This document shows, piece by piece, positions 7,806 to 20,000 of a stretch of DNA of 64,000 bases. The notes beneath the pieces are model-generated. The model saw only the letters and a list, made by a program, of their open reading frames with translations, did no database searches and was not told where the DNA came from. How positions within the stretch are numbered: position 1 is the stretch's first letter; each line of letters opens with the position of its first letter. Position numbers and translations under genes: made by a program. The DNA comes from Limisphaerales bacterium (GTDB lineage: Bacteria; Verrucomicrobiota; Verrucomicrobiia; Limisphaerales; JBBRWD01), in assembly GCA_038249465.1 (NCBI GenBank), contig JBBRWD010000007.1:17308-81307 (forward strand), read 5' to 3'.

Positions 7806-9761
7806 ATGGCAAAAGTCTTAGGCATTGATTTAGGCACAACCAACTCCTGCATGGCCACGATGGAAGGTGGCGAGCCGGTTGTATTGGAGAATTCCGAAGG
7901 CAAACGCACCACCCCGTCCGTGGTGGCTTTCGCCAAATCTGGCGAGCGACTCGTTGGCGAGGCGGCGAAACGTCAGGCGGTGACCAATCCGCGCAATACG
8001 GTTTACTCCATCAAGCGCTTCATGGGACGCAAGTTTGACGAGGTCCAGGAGGAACTCAAGCGCGTCCCCTACAAAGTCGTCCGCGCCAGTAACGGCGATG
8101 CGGTTGTGGAGGTCGAAATCGAGGGGCAGCCCAAGCAGTTCACGCCGCCGGAAATTTCGGCGATGATTCTTGCGAAGCTGAAGGCCGACGCCGAAATGCG
8201 TCTCGGTGAAAAGATTACCCAAGCCGTGATTACGGTGCCGGCGTACTTCAATGACTCCCAGCGTCAGGCTACCAAAGACGCCGGACGCATCGCAGGCTTG
8301 GAAGTCCTCCGCATCATCAACGAGCCGACGGCCGCTTCCCTGGCTTATGGCCTCGATAAGAAAAAAGATGAAAAGATCGCCGTTTACGACCTCGGTGGCG
8401 GCACCTTCGACATCTCGGTGCTGGAGATTGGTGACGGTGTTTTCGAGGTGAAGGCCACCAATGGCGATACTCACTTGGGCGGCGACGACTGGGACAACCG
8501 GATCATGGATTGGATTCTCGACGAGTTCAAACGCGACTCCGGCATGGACCTGCGCAAGCAGCCGGACGCCTTGCAGCGCATCAAGGAAGAAGCCGAGAAA
8601 GCGAAGATCGCCCTTTCCAGCGCCCAGCAGTACGAAATCAACCTGCCGTTCATCACGGCCGATGCCAGCGGGCCGAAGCACATCAGCATGAAGCTCACGC
8701 GCTCGAAGATGGAGCAACTCTGTGATGACTTGTTCGAGCGCACGGTGGCACCGGTGAAGAACTGTCTGAAAGACTCCGGCATCACCAGCGACAAGATCGA
8801 CGAACTGGTGCTGGTTGGCGGCATGACACGCATTCCGCGCGTGGTCGAGGTCGCGCATTCGCTGGTCAACAAGCCGCCGCATCAGGGCGTGAATCCCGAT
8901 GAAGTCGTCGCCATCGGCGCCGGCATCCAGGGTGGCGTGCTCAAGGGCGACGTGAAGGACGTGCTTTTGCTCGACGTCACGCCGCTGTCGCTCGGCATCG
9001 AAACGCTGGGTGGCGTGTTCACGCGCCTCATTGAGCGCAACACCACCATTCCGACGCGCAAATCCGAAATCTTCTCGACCGCGTCCGACAACCAGCCGGG
9101 CGTGGAGATTCATGTTTTACAAGGCGAGCGCCAGTTCTCTCGTGACAACAAGACGATTGGCAAATTCCAGCTCACCGACATTCCTCCCGCGCCGCGCGGC
9201 ATGCCACAGATCGAAGTCACCTTTGACATCGACGCCAACGGCATCCTGCACGTCAACGCCAAGGATCTTGGAACAGGCAAGGAACAGAAGATCACCATCA
9301 CCGCCAGCAGCGGACTCTCGAAGGACGAGATCGAGAAGATGCGCAAGGACGCTGAATTGCACGCCGAGGAAGATCGCAAGCAACGCGAAGCTGTCGAAGC
9401 GCGCAACGAGGCGGACAACGCTGTCTATCGCAGCGAGAAGATGCTCAAGGACAACGCCGACAAACTTCCGGCCGAGGAGAAAGCCAAGATCGAGAGCGCA
9501 GTCGTCGGTGTGAAGGAAGCCCTCAAGGGCACCGACGCGGCGGCCATCAAGGCTGCGGCGGAGAAATTGAACGAAGCCTGGCAGGCGGCCTCCGCCGAAC
9601 TTTACAAAGCCGCGGCAGCCAAAGGCCAGGGCGCTCCGGGCGCCGGCGCGCAGCCCGGGCAAGCCAACGGCGGTCCCGGCGAGCCCGAAGCCGAGGGCAA
9701 GTCCAAGAAGGACGACGGCCCGATCATCGACGCAGAAGTCGTCGATGAAAAGAAGAGCTAG
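7806..9761 (+). CDS. dnaK: Chaperone DnaK (Hsp70)
   Basis: [32 protein letters not shown]. Confidence 0.99.
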   Translation: MAKVLGIDLGTTNSCMATMEGGEPVVLENSEGKRTTPSVVAFAKSGERLVGEAAKRQAVTNPRNTVYSIKRFMGRKFDEVQEELKRVPYKVVRASNGDAVVEVEIEGQPKQFTPPEISAMILAKLKADAEMRLGEKITQAVITVPAYFNDSQRQATKDAGRIAGLEVLRIINEPTAASLAYGLDKKKDEKIAVYDLGGGTFDISVLEIGDGVFEVKATNGDTHLGGDDWDNRIMDWILDEFKRDSGMDLRKQPDALQRIKEEAEKAKIALSSAQQYEINLPFITADASGPKHISMKLTRSKMEQLCDDLFERTVAPVKNCLKDSGITSDKIDELVLVGGMTRIPRVVEVAHSLVNKPPHQGVNPDEVVAIGAGIQGGVLKGDVKDVLLLDVTPLSLGIETLGGVFTRLIERNTTIPTRKSEIFSTASDNQPGVEIHVLQGERQFSRDNKTIGKFQLTDIPPAPRGMPQIEVTFDIDANGILHVNAKDLGTGKEQKITITASSGLSKDEIEKMRKDAELHAEEDRKQREAVEARNEADNAVYRSEKMLKDNADKLPAEEKAKIESAVVGVKEALKGTDAAAIKAAAEKLNEAWQAASAELYKAAAAKGQGAPGAGAQPGQANGGPGEPEAEGKSKKDDGPIIDAEVVDEKKS

Positions 9762-9899
9762 AATTTCGCCGCCGGCCAGTCGCTTCGCAAATTACAAGAT
9801 GATCGAAGCGGGGGTCGGCAGTGACTTTTCCCACAGCGCGTGCTGAGGGATTTGATTCAACGGAAAAATCAAACGAACAACACAAACCACCAAGTAAAT

Positions 9900-10193
9900 A
9901 TGGCAATTAACCTGAAACCTCTCGGCGACCGCGTTCTTGTTGAACCCGTCGAAGAGAAGGAAACCAAAAAGGGCGGCATCATCATCCCCGATACCGCCAA
10001 GGAAAAACCCACCGAAGGTCTCGTGCGTGCGCTCGGCACGGGCAAGCTCGACGACGACGGCAAGCGGATTCCGTTCGAGGTCAAGGTCGGCGACCGCGTG
10101 CTCGTGAGCAAATACGGCGGCACCGAAATCAAGCTCGATGGCAAGGAGTTCAAGCTCCTCAATGCTGACGACCTCCTCGGCATCATCGGCTAA
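9900..10193 (+). CDS. groES: Co-chaperonin GroES
   Basis: [31 protein letters not shown]. Confidence 0.98.
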   Translation: MAINLKPLGDRVLVEPVEEKETKKGGIIIPDTAKEKPTEGLVRALGTGKLDDDGKRIPFEVKVGDRVLVSKYGGTEIKLDGKEFKLLNADDLLGIIG

Positions 10194-10236
10194 GCGAACT
10201 CTCAACCCTCATTTAACCCAGAACCAAATATAGATT

Positions 10237-11883
10237 ATGGCAGCGAAACAACTTCTATTCGACGAAGCAGCGCGTCAGGCGATCCTGCGCGGCGTGTCCA
10301 AGCTCTCCAAGGCTGTGGCCGCCACTCTCGGACCCAAAGGCCGCAACGTCGTCATCGACAAAAAATTCGGCTCCCCGACCGTGACCAAGGACGGCGTCAC
10401 TGTCGCCAAGGAAATCGAGCTCGAGGATCCCTATGAAAACATGGGCGCCCAGATGGTCCGCGAAGTCGCCAGCAAGACGAGCGACGCCGCGGGCGACGGC
10501 ACCACCACCGCCACTGTGCTTGCCGAGGCGATCTATCGCGGCGGCCTGAAGTTCGTCACCTCCGGTGCGAATCCCATCGGCATCCAGCGCGGCATCGCCA
10601 AGGCGGTCGAATGCGCCGTGGGCCACCTCGACAAGATCACCAAGAAGGTCAAAGACAAGGAAGAGATCAAGCAGGTCGCCACTGTCTCCGCCAACTGGGA
10701 CACCACCATCGGCGAGATCATCGCTGACGCCATGGACAAGGTCGGCAAGGACGGCACCATCACCGTCGAAGAAGCCAAGTCCATCGAGACCACCCTCGAA
10801 GTCGTCGAAGGCATGCAGTTCGACAAGGGCTATCTCTCGCCCTACTTCGTGACCAACGCTGAGACGATGGAAGCAAAGATGGAGGACGCCTACATCCTGA
10901 TCTTCGAAAAGAAAATCAGCAGCCTCAAGGACATGCTCCCGTTGCTTGAGAAGACCGCCAAGATCGGCAAGCCGCTCCTCATCCTCTCCGAGGATGTCGA
11001 AGGCGAAGCCCTGGCCACCCTCGTGGTGAACAAGCTCCGCGGCACCATCAACGTCTGCGCTGTCAAGGCGCCTGGCTTCGGCGACCGCCGCAAGGCCATG
11101 TGCGAAGACATCGCCATCCTCACCGGTGGCAAGTTCATCAGCGAAGACCTCGGCATCAAGCTCGAGAACATTGAACTGAGCGACCTCGGCCGCGCCAAGA
11201 GCATCGTGGTGGACAAGGAAAACACCACCATCGTCGAAGGCAACGGCAAGAGCTCCGACATCCAGGGCCGCGTGAATCAAATTCGCCGCCAGATCGAGGA
11301 AACCACCTCGGACTACGACAAGGAAAAGTTGCAGGAACGCCTGGCGAAGCTCGCCGGTGGCGTGGCCGTCATCAATGTCGGCGCTGCGACCGAGACTGAG
11401 ATGAAGGAGAAAAAGGCCCGCGTCGAAGACGCGCTGCACGCGACCCGCGCAGCCGTCGAAGAAGGCATCGTCCCTGGCGGTGGCGTGGCTCTGCTCCGCT
11501 GCCTCAATGCGATCGATACGGCCAAGCCGCTCAACGACGACGAGGCCATCGGCATCGGCATCGTCAAACGCGCGATTGAATACCCGTTGCGCGCCCTCGC
11601 GGCCAACGCGGGCATCGAAGGCTCGGTCGTGGTCGAAGAAGTCAAGAAGCGCAAAGGCAACGACGGCTACAACGTCGCCACCGGCGCCTACGAAGACCTC
11701 GTCAAGGCCGGCGTGGTGGACCCGAAGAAGGTCACCCGCACCGCGCTGCAAAACGCGGCCTCCATCGCTGGATTGCTCCTGACCACGGAATGCCTCATCA
11801 CCGAGCTTCCGGAGAAGGACAAGAAGCCAGCCGGCGGCCCTGACCACGGCGGCGGCGGCATGGGCGGCGGCATGGATTACTAA
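10237..11883 (+). CDS. groEL: Chaperonin GroEL
   Basis: [24 protein letters not shown]-rich tail. Confidence 0.99.
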   Translation: MAAKQLLFDEAARQAILRGVSKLSKAVAATLGPKGRNVVIDKKFGSPTVTKDGVTVAKEIELEDPYENMGAQMVREVASKTSDAAGDGTTTATVLAEAIYRGGLKFVTSGANPIGIQRGIAKAVECAVGHLDKITKKVKDKEEIKQVATVSANWDTTIGEIIADAMDKVGKDGTITVEEAKSIETTLEVVEGMQFDKGYLSPYFVTNAETMEAKMEDAYILIFEKKISSLKDMLPLLEKTAKIGKPLLILSEDVEGEALATLVVNKLRGTINVCAVKAPGFGDRRKAMCEDIAILTGGKFISEDLGIKLENIELSDLGRAKSIVVDKENTTIVEGNGKSSDIQGRVNQIRRQIEETTSDYDKEKLQERLAKLAGGVAVINVGAATETEMKEKKARVEDALHATRAAVEEGIVPGGGVALLRCLNAIDTAKPLNDDEAIGIGIVKRAIEYPLRALAANAGIEGSVVVEEVKKRKGNDGYNVATGAYEDLVKAGVVDPKKVTRTALQNAASIAGLLLTTECLITELPEKDKKPAGGPDHGGGGMGGGMDY

Positions 11884-11915
11884 GCGAATCCCGCCGTCAA
11901 TCCCTGACAATTCAC

Positions 11916-11949
11916 GCGAGGCTGGAGCAATCCAGCCTCGCTTTGTTTT
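11916..11949 (+). terminator. Rho-independent terminator after groEL
   Basis: GCGAGGCTGGA-GCAA-TCCAGCCTCGC followed by TTTGTTTT. Confidence 0.8.
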
Positions 11950-12053
11950 GTTGAGGACCGCCGCGCGACGCGTCCGCGACACTCCGCCGCAGTTCGTCCA
12001 CGCCCAGCCTTGTGTCACGCCTCGAATCAGGCGAAGCTCGGCACAAATCCAAC

Positions 12054-12783
12054 ATGCGTGTTCTCATAGCTACCGTGACGGCGGGTGCGGGCCACATGCA
12101 GGCGGCGGCGGCGCTGGAGGAAGCGTGGCGCGCTCTCCGGCCAGGCGACGATCTGAAACGCCTCGACGTTCTCGATTTCACTTCGCGTCTCTATCGCAAG
12201 ACCTACGTCGATGGTTACGCGAAGCTCGTCAAGCATGCGCCGGATTTGTGGGCGCTGATGTACCAGAAAGCCGACAACCCCTCACTCCTTCGCAGAATCA
12301 GCCGGCTGCGGCGCACGCTGGCCCTCCTGCCCACTGGACGATTTGCCCACGAAGTGAAGCGGTTCGCCCATCCCCGGCCAGGAAGCGGCGAACAGCGATT
12401 TCCTGCTCGAACAAGGCGTGGCGGCCAAGGTCAATCGCGTGGAGGATCTGCCGTTTCGCCTCGGCGCCTCTCGACACTGCCCCCGAAGGCAACCGGGTTG
12501 GAGCGCGGCGTTGACGTCGCTTCATCGTTCGAGAGACCGTCCGGCAATGTTTCGCCCACACCCATCGAACGCTGAAGCGGCCTCAAGGCCGCGCGCCGGG
12601 GGCAGTGCGCGGATGCGCCCGTTTCGCCTCGGCCGCCTGCTCGGCTCGGAGAAACTCACCGCGATGGCCAAAGCCGCTCGCTCGCTCGGCAAGCCAGACG
12701 CCGCTCGCGCGGTCTGCGAACGAACCTTGGAGAAGTGGCGCTCGCACGGGATCGAATGGAGCAAGAGGAAAGACAACGCATGA
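12054..12783 (+). pseudogene. MGDG-synthase/UgtP-like (GT28) glycosyltransferase remnant
   Basis: N-terminus MRVLIATVTAGAGHMQAA jumps, with a frameshift near 12366, to the C-terminal motif PIPGQEAANSDFLL. The middle is missing and the C-terminal part carries a 159-bp repeat. Confidence 0.75.
12462..12620. mobile_element. MITE-like 159-bp element, copy 1 (GGCGC(C)TCTCGACACTGCC...GGCAGTGCGCGGATGCGCCC)
   Basis: Terminal inverted repeats; flanking direct repeat CCGTTTCGCCTCGGC at 12451 and 12619; a near-identical inverted copy lies at 57420-57578. Confidence 0.8.
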
Positions 12784-13886
12784 GGACATTGGAAGCCGGA
12801 ATCATTCTCAGCGCAGTCCTGCTATCGCTCGGGACTTCAGCGATCGAATCGCGCGGCGACGAACTCAGGCGAGACGAACGCGTGATGCTCTATCCGGCCA
12901 TGGGCTGGCGCGCGAATGGGCAGTGGGAGATCGAACTGCACGGCTGGGTCTTCGAGCCTGAGCGGCGGCGACTCACCGAAGCAGTGGTCCGCCGCTCCCT
13001 TGGCATGGACGACGACGAGATGTCACAAGCGGAGCAACGGGTCTTTCACGAACGCATCCAGCCCTTCCTGGCGGACAGCGAAGGCGGGAAGCGCGTGCGG
13101 GTGCGGATCGGCGATGGCCCGGAGTCAGTCGCGGAAGCGGATCGTGGCGGACGATGTCGCTGGCGATTCACAGTGAGCGACGACCAGGTGGCGCGTTGGC
13201 AATCCACCGGATTGTTCACGAACGGTGTCGCCCGGTTCCTCATCGTCCGGCCCAACCGGCAGGAAGCTGCTCCGACTTTGCTGGAGTTGCTCGAACCAAT
13301 CGGCGTGTCCGCGATCTCGGACATCGACGATACCATCAAGATCAGCGCCGTCGGCAATCGTCGTGAACTGCTGCGGAACACGTTTTGCCGGCCAATGGCA
13401 CCTCTGCCGGGGATGGCAGAACTTTATCGAGCGTGGGAGAAAGCCGGCGCGCTCTTTCACTACGTCTCGGCCAGTCCTTGGCAGCTCTACGAACCGTTGA
13501 GTGCCTTCACGCGCAGCAACAGTTTTCCAGCGGGCACCTTTCACCTGAAACAGCTTGGAGTGACTGACGGCTCGCTGCGGAGGCTTTTCGATTCACCCGA
13601 AGAGTACAAAGTCCCGATCATCGAGGAGCTGCTGGCCCGCTTTCCTCAACGACAGTTCATTCTCGTGGGAGACTCGGGTGAAAAGGATCCCGAGATCTAC
13701 GGTGAACTGGCCAGGAAGCATCCCGAGCAAGTTGCGAAGATCCTCATCCGCAGGACAGAGGGCGCACCAATGACCGAGTCACGGCTACGCTCGGCTTTTG
13801 CGGACATGGCCCGGGAACGCTGGCAGATGTTCGATGCGGTCACGGAGATCGATCAAAGCCTGCCGCAGGATTCCACTAAACGATAA
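12780..13886 (+). CDS. App1-family (DUF2183) phosphatidate phosphatase-like protein with signal peptide
   Basis: ISDIDDTIK HAD motif, FHYVSASPWQLY, LVGDSGEKDPEIY. Confidence 0.85.
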   Translation: MRTLEAGIILSAVLLSLGTSAIESRGDELRRDERVMLYPAMGWRANGQWEIELHGWVFEPERRRLTEAVVRRSLGMDDDEMSQAEQRVFHERIQPFLADSEGGKRVRVRIGDGPESVAEADRGGRCRWRFTVSDDQVARWQSTGLFTNGVARFLIVRPNRQEAAPTLLELLEPIGVSAISDIDDTIKISAVGNRRELLRNTFCRPMAPLPGMAELYRAWEKAGALFHYVSASPWQLYEPLSAFTRSNSFPAGTFHLKQLGVTDGSLRRLFDSPEEYKVPIIEELLARFPQRQFILVGDSGEKDPEIYGELARKHPEQVAKILIRRTEGAPMTESRLRSAFADMARERWQMFDAVTEIDQSLPQDSTKR

Positions 13887-13957
13887 TAGATCGCAGTCCT
13901 GCCCGGGTGGCGTGTCCGAAATCCCGATCGCCTAAAAATGCAGGTCAACCGAATCCA

Positions 13958-14791
13958 TTAACCCGCGACCCGTTTCACCAACTCCTTCGCCGCGCGAATG
14001 TCCGCGGCGCGCTGGTTGCCGGCCTCCCGTTCGATGCTGCACCAGCCCGCGAAGCCGAGTTCCTCCAGCAGCGCGAAGAAGGCCGGCCAGTTGACCTCGC
14101 CGGTGCCGGCGGCGACTTCCTCGCCCCACGTGCCCGGAACCTTGGTGCGGCGCGCGTCCTTGAGGTGGCATTGCTTGAGCCACGGCGCGAGCACGCGCAG
14201 TGCCTCGATGGGATCGCCCTTGTCGTAGAGAATCATGTTCGCCGGATCGAAATTCACGCCGACGTTCGGGCAGCCCAGCTTTTCGAGAAACATTCTCAGC
14301 GTGTCGGCGGTCTCCTGCCCGGTCTCGAAGGCGAGGTCGATGCCCTTGGCCGCGAACAGATCCGCGATGAGCGCGATGCGCTGGCGCAGGCGCGCGAAGG
14401 CGGGATCGGCCTCGTCATGCGGCAGGAAGCCCGCGTGAAACGTCACCAGCCGCAGGTCAAGCTGGTGGGCGATATCCGCGATGACCTGAATGTTGCTCCA
14501 GTTTTTGTTCCACGTCTCGTCCGGAACCACGCCGCCGGTGCGCGCAATGGATTCGATGCTGGAGTAATCCTCGCCCACGGTGCCGAACATGCCGGACACC
14601 AGGGCGATGCCCTGCTGGCGCATGAGCGCGCCGCACTGGCCCCAGACGGCCGGCGATTCGCGCAACGGATCGAGGGCAAGTTGCACGCGGGCGAGGCCGA
14701 GATCTTTGACGGCGTCGATGAGGTCCTGCGGGGTGGCGGGTTGCAGAGACCAACTGCAGACGGCGAGACGATCGAGGAACGATGGAGTCAT
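13958..14791 (-). CDS. Sugar phosphate isomerase/epimerase (xylose-isomerase-like TIM barrel)
   Basis: Metal ligands in FETG, NFDPAN, CHLKD, SIERE. Confidence 0.85.
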   Translation of the reverse strand: MTPSFLDRLAVCSWSLQPATPQDLIDAVKDLGLARVQLALDPLRESPAVWGQCGALMRQQGIALVSGMFGTVGEDYSSIESIARTGGVVPDETWNKNWSNIQVIADIAHQLDLRLVTFHAGFLPHDEADPAFARLRQRIALIADLFAAKGIDLAFETGQETADTLRMFLEKLGCPNVGVNFDPANMILYDKGDPIEALRVLAPWLKQCHLKDARRTKVPGTWGEEVAAGTGEVNWPAFFALLEELGFAGWCSIEREAGNQRAADIRAAKELVKRVAG

Positions 14792-14868
14792 GGGCGGAAG
14801 AATGATCCCAGTGAGCGAAAACGCAAGTCCGGCGGCTCAACTTCGGCGCGGCGCATCCGGGCACGCGC

Positions 14869-15921
14869 TTACAACCGCACTTCCTTGCCGGTGGTCGCCG
14901 ATTGGTAGATGGCATCCATTACTGCCTGCACTTCCACGGTTTCTTCCGGCGTCACCAGCGGGCGTTTGCCGTCGATCGCGCAGGCCACGAAGTGATGCAA
15001 CGGATTCTCCACGTAGGGCACCTTGGGCGCGTTGAGATGAATGACTTCCACGCCGTCCGGGATGTTTTTCACGAACTGTGCTGGGAAAAGGCCCACGCCA
15101 CCGAGCGTGCCGAATAGATCGAGACCGTATTCGCGCGCCTGCGGGGCAAGGTAAGACTCCCAACTGGTCTCCATCGAGATGGTCCGCCCGGACTTCAGCT
15201 TCAGCAGCGCCACGTTGAAATCCTCCACGTCGCAGGGCCGCTTCGGGTCCACGTCGCTCTTGCCCCAATCGGACTCTCCGAGGCCGCGCGGGCCGAACTT
15301 GGCATGTTGATGCGCCATCACACTGACCACCGTGAACTCCTTCATCAAATGCAGGCAGGAATCGAGCAATGGCAGGCCAAGGTCCACGCCGCATCCTCCG
15401 CCCGAAAGCTGCTTGCGCGTGTACCAGGAGCCGATGCGCGGAATGCCGTGGCGTTTCATCCAGAAACACCGCGCGTGATACACTTCGCCGAGATCGCCGC
15501 GCTCGATGTGCGCCTTGGCCAGTTGCGTGTGGCGGTTGAAGCGCAGGTTGTGCCCCACCATCAACGTGCGGCGCATCTTCTTCGCCACGTCGGCCACCTT
15601 GGTGGCTTCCTTGGCATTCATCGCCAGCGGCTGGGCGACGAAGACATGCTTGCGCGCGTTGAGCGCCTCGATGGCCACGCTGGCGTGGAGGTGGTTGGGA
15701 AGTGCCACGGCAACCGCGTCGATGTCGGGCTGCTCCAGAAGCTCGTGGTAGTCGCAGTAATTGCGCGGAATGTGCAGGCGGTCACACGCTTCCCGGGAGC
15801 GTTGCGGATGACTCTCAGCGATGGCGACCGCAACGGCACGCGGACACGTCGTCAGGCTGGTCAGCAGTTCCAAACCGGTGGCGCCGGTTCCAATGACGGC
15901 ACAACGGAGCTTGTCGGCCAT
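14869..15921 (-). CDS. Gfo/Idh/MocA-family oxidoreductase-like protein
   Basis: AVIGTGATG, DIDAV..ALPNHLH, GHNLRF, DVED; the canonical EKP reads AQP. Confidence 0.8.
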   Translation of the reverse strand: MADKLRCAVIGTGATGLELLTSLTTCPRAVAVAIAESHPQRSREACDRLHIPRNYCDYHELLEQPDIDAVAVALPNHLHASVAIEALNARKHVFVAQPLAMNAKEATKVADVAKKMRRTLMVGHNLRFNRHTQLAKAHIERGDLGEVYHARCFWMKRHGIPRIGSWYTRKQLSGGGCGVDLGLPLLDSCLHLMKEFTVVSVMAHQHAKFGPRGLGESDWGKSDVDPKRPCDVEDFNVALLKLKSGRTISMETSWESYLAPQAREYGLDLFGTLGGVGLFPAQFVKNIPDGVEVIHLNAPKVPYVENPLHHFVACAIDGKRPLVTPEETVEVQAVMDAIYQSATTGKEVRL

Positions 15922-16083
15922 AGGGAATGGAGGTAGAGGGTTTCACTTGAGTGGCTTACGATGCCGCAATGATTACGCCGATGGAATATTTGGGTCAATG
16001 CGGAACTGCCAGCCGAGCCAGAATAATTGATTGGAAGCACTTTTCGATTCAGGTGCCCTCATGAAATCGACACGTCAATTCAA

Positions 16084-18126
<2,043 letters not shown>

Positions 18127-18152
18127 CGGCCGCGCCGGCGCGTCGATTCCTC

Positions 18153-18533
18153 ATGGATACTCCCGATCAACCTCCGGTCCCAACTCCGCCCCGCCGAATC
18201 GGTCTCGCGGTGGCCAGCATAATGTTCGTATTGTTCGTCGTTCTCCTGGCGGTGATCGCTATGCCAAATCAGGTAAACACCGGTCGCCATAACCCGCGGA
18301 TCGTTTGCGTGGCGAATTTGAAATTCATCGAAGGCGCTAAGGCATTCTGGGCCTTGGAGAACAAGAAGCACCCCTCCGATGTTCCGAAGGACGCAGATAT
18401 TTTCGGGAGAGACAAAGCCATCTCTATGAAGCCGAAATGTCCCGCAGGCGGCATCTACACCCTGAACGCCGTCTCCGAATTACAGCAATGCTCGGTGCAT
18501 GGCGACCTCAGCCAATGGCGCGGTGGCAAGTGA
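18153..18533 (+). CDS. Pilin/pseudopilin-like single-TM protein
   Basis: Hydrophobic helix ending 'AVIAMPN', 'C.ANLK.IEGAK..WA', C-terminal 'CPAGG.Y....CS.HG'. Confidence 0.55.
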   Translation: MDTPDQPPVPTPPRRIGLAVASIMFVLFVVLLAVIAMPNQVNTGRHNPRIVCVANLKFIEGAKAFWALENKKHPSDVPKDADIFGRDKAISMKPKCPAGGIYTLNAVSELQQCSVHGDLSQWRGGK

Positions 18534-18610
18534 AAGATGGCCCGTCCTCGATAGTCAGCGCGGCCAAGAACAGGATTGGCTTCCCGCCGTTGGCTCGCTA
18601 TCCGTTGTTC

Positions 18611-19840
18611 ATGCTCAACTCCCGTTCCATGTGCGGTGCGGTCGCCGCTGCCATCAGCACGTTCGTGTTGTCCGCGACCAATACGCCGTCGGCCTATGCC
18701 GCCTCCGCGTTGCGTATGCCAGCCAGCGACCAGACGCTCTCCATTTGCGTTCCCGCGCCCGAGGGAATCGCGATCACTCCCGGTTCACGCTGGCAACTGG
18801 TCGAATCCGATCTCAACGGTGCGCGCCTTTCCGCCACAATCGCGCCCGCACCGGACAAATCGGGTGCGACGGGCAAGGCCTGGCAGATTCTCGCCAACGT
18901 GCCGCCTCGCGCTGGCGCCAGTGGCGAACGCTGGTTCAATCTTGCGCCCGCGCCAGACTCTTCGCCGGCTGCGTTTCGATTTACCGATGCTTCGCCCGAC
19001 TCGCTGCGCCTGTCGGAGGGCCAGCGCCCGGTGCTGGTCTATAATCACGGCGTCCTGCGCAAGGCCGGCGTGCCGGCGGACCGCGCCCGCAGCACCTACG
19101 TGCATCCGCTCTTCGGTCTCGATGGCGAGGTGCTGACCGATGATTTCCCCAAAGACCATTACCATCATCGCGGACTGTTCTGGGCTTGGCCGCATGTGCG
19201 CGTCGGCACGAATCACTACGACCTCTGGATGCTGAACGGCATCGCGCAACGCTTCGAGCGCTGGCTGGCGCGCGACGCCGGTCCGGGCGGCGCAGTGCTC
19301 GGCGTCGAGAACGGCTGGTATGTCGGCGACCGCAAGGTGATGCAGGAACGCGTCTGGCTGCGCGTCTTCCCGGCGGCCAACGGCGCGCAGGCGGTGGACG
19401 TGGACCTGACGCTCATTCCGCATGGCCAGCCCATCGCGCTCACGGGTGCTGAAGGCAAGAGCTACGGCGGACTCACGCTGCGTTTCGCGCCCAACACCAA
19501 CACGGTCATCACCACCCCGCTCGGCAACTCGTCGAAGGATCTGCCAATGACGCGCCTCGCCTGGGCTGACCTCACGGCGAAATATCCGGATGCGCCGGCG
19601 GCGAGCGGCGCGGCGATCTTTATCGCGCCCGATCATCCCGATTACCCGCCGATGTGGCTGACACGCCACTACGGCGTGCTGTGTGTCGGCTGGCCGGGCA
19701 TCGATGCGAAGGAATTTCCCGCCGGTGAATCCATCCGCTGCCGTTATCGCGTGTGGATTCATCGCGGTGCGACGGACCAGTCCGCAATGGAGAAGGTCTA
19801 TGCCGCCTATCTCGCCGGAGAAAAGTCCGCCTGGAAATAG
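18611..19840 (+). CDS. Secreted DUF6807 ('PmoA-family') protein
   Basis: Signal peptide; 'YVHPL....G..LT..FP.DH.HHRGLFWAW', 'YGGL..RFA', 'LTRHYG'. Confidence 0.7.
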   Translation: MLNSRSMCGAVAAAISTFVLSATNTPSAYAASALRMPASDQTLSICVPAPEGIAITPGSRWQLVESDLNGARLSATIAPAPDKSGATGKAWQILANVPPRAGASGERWFNLAPAPDSSPAAFRFTDASPDSLRLSEGQRPVLVYNHGVLRKAGVPADRARSTYVHPLFGLDGEVLTDDFPKDHYHHRGLFWAWPHVRVGTNHYDLWMLNGIAQRFERWLARDAGPGGAVLGVENGWYVGDRKVMQERVWLRVFPAANGAQAVDVDLTLIPHGQPIALTGAEGKSYGGLTLRFAPNTNTVITTPLGNSSKDLPMTRLAWADLTAKYPDAPAASGAAIFIAPDHPDYPPMWLTRHYGVLCVGWPGIDAKEFPAGESIRCRYRVWIHRGATDQSAMEKVYAAYLAGEKSAWK

Positions 19841-19858
19841 TCAGCCATCCACCGCTAT

Positions 19859-19976
19859 GAAAGTCTCCGCAGGTAGGGCGCGTCTGTCTCAGCGCGCCGT
19901 TTGGGCCAGCGCCAGTTGCGGCGCGCTGAGGACAGACGCGCCCCACCACTCTCGGTGGCAACAGTGCGGATACTTC
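19859..19976. repeat. REP doublet family D (GGTAGGGCGCGTCTGTC..., 19872-19947) inside a GAAAGTCTCC...GGATACTTC shell
   Basis: Long hairpin; an inverted homolog lies at 51544-51664. Confidence 0.75.
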
Positions 19977-20000
19977 TGTAACAACCAACCTGAAATCCTC

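Noticed and set aside
7830-12018. Long antisense ORFs opposite dnaK (427 aa) and groEL (587 aa)
   Set aside because: Typical shadow ORFs of highly biased high-GC genes; the sense genes are unambiguous.
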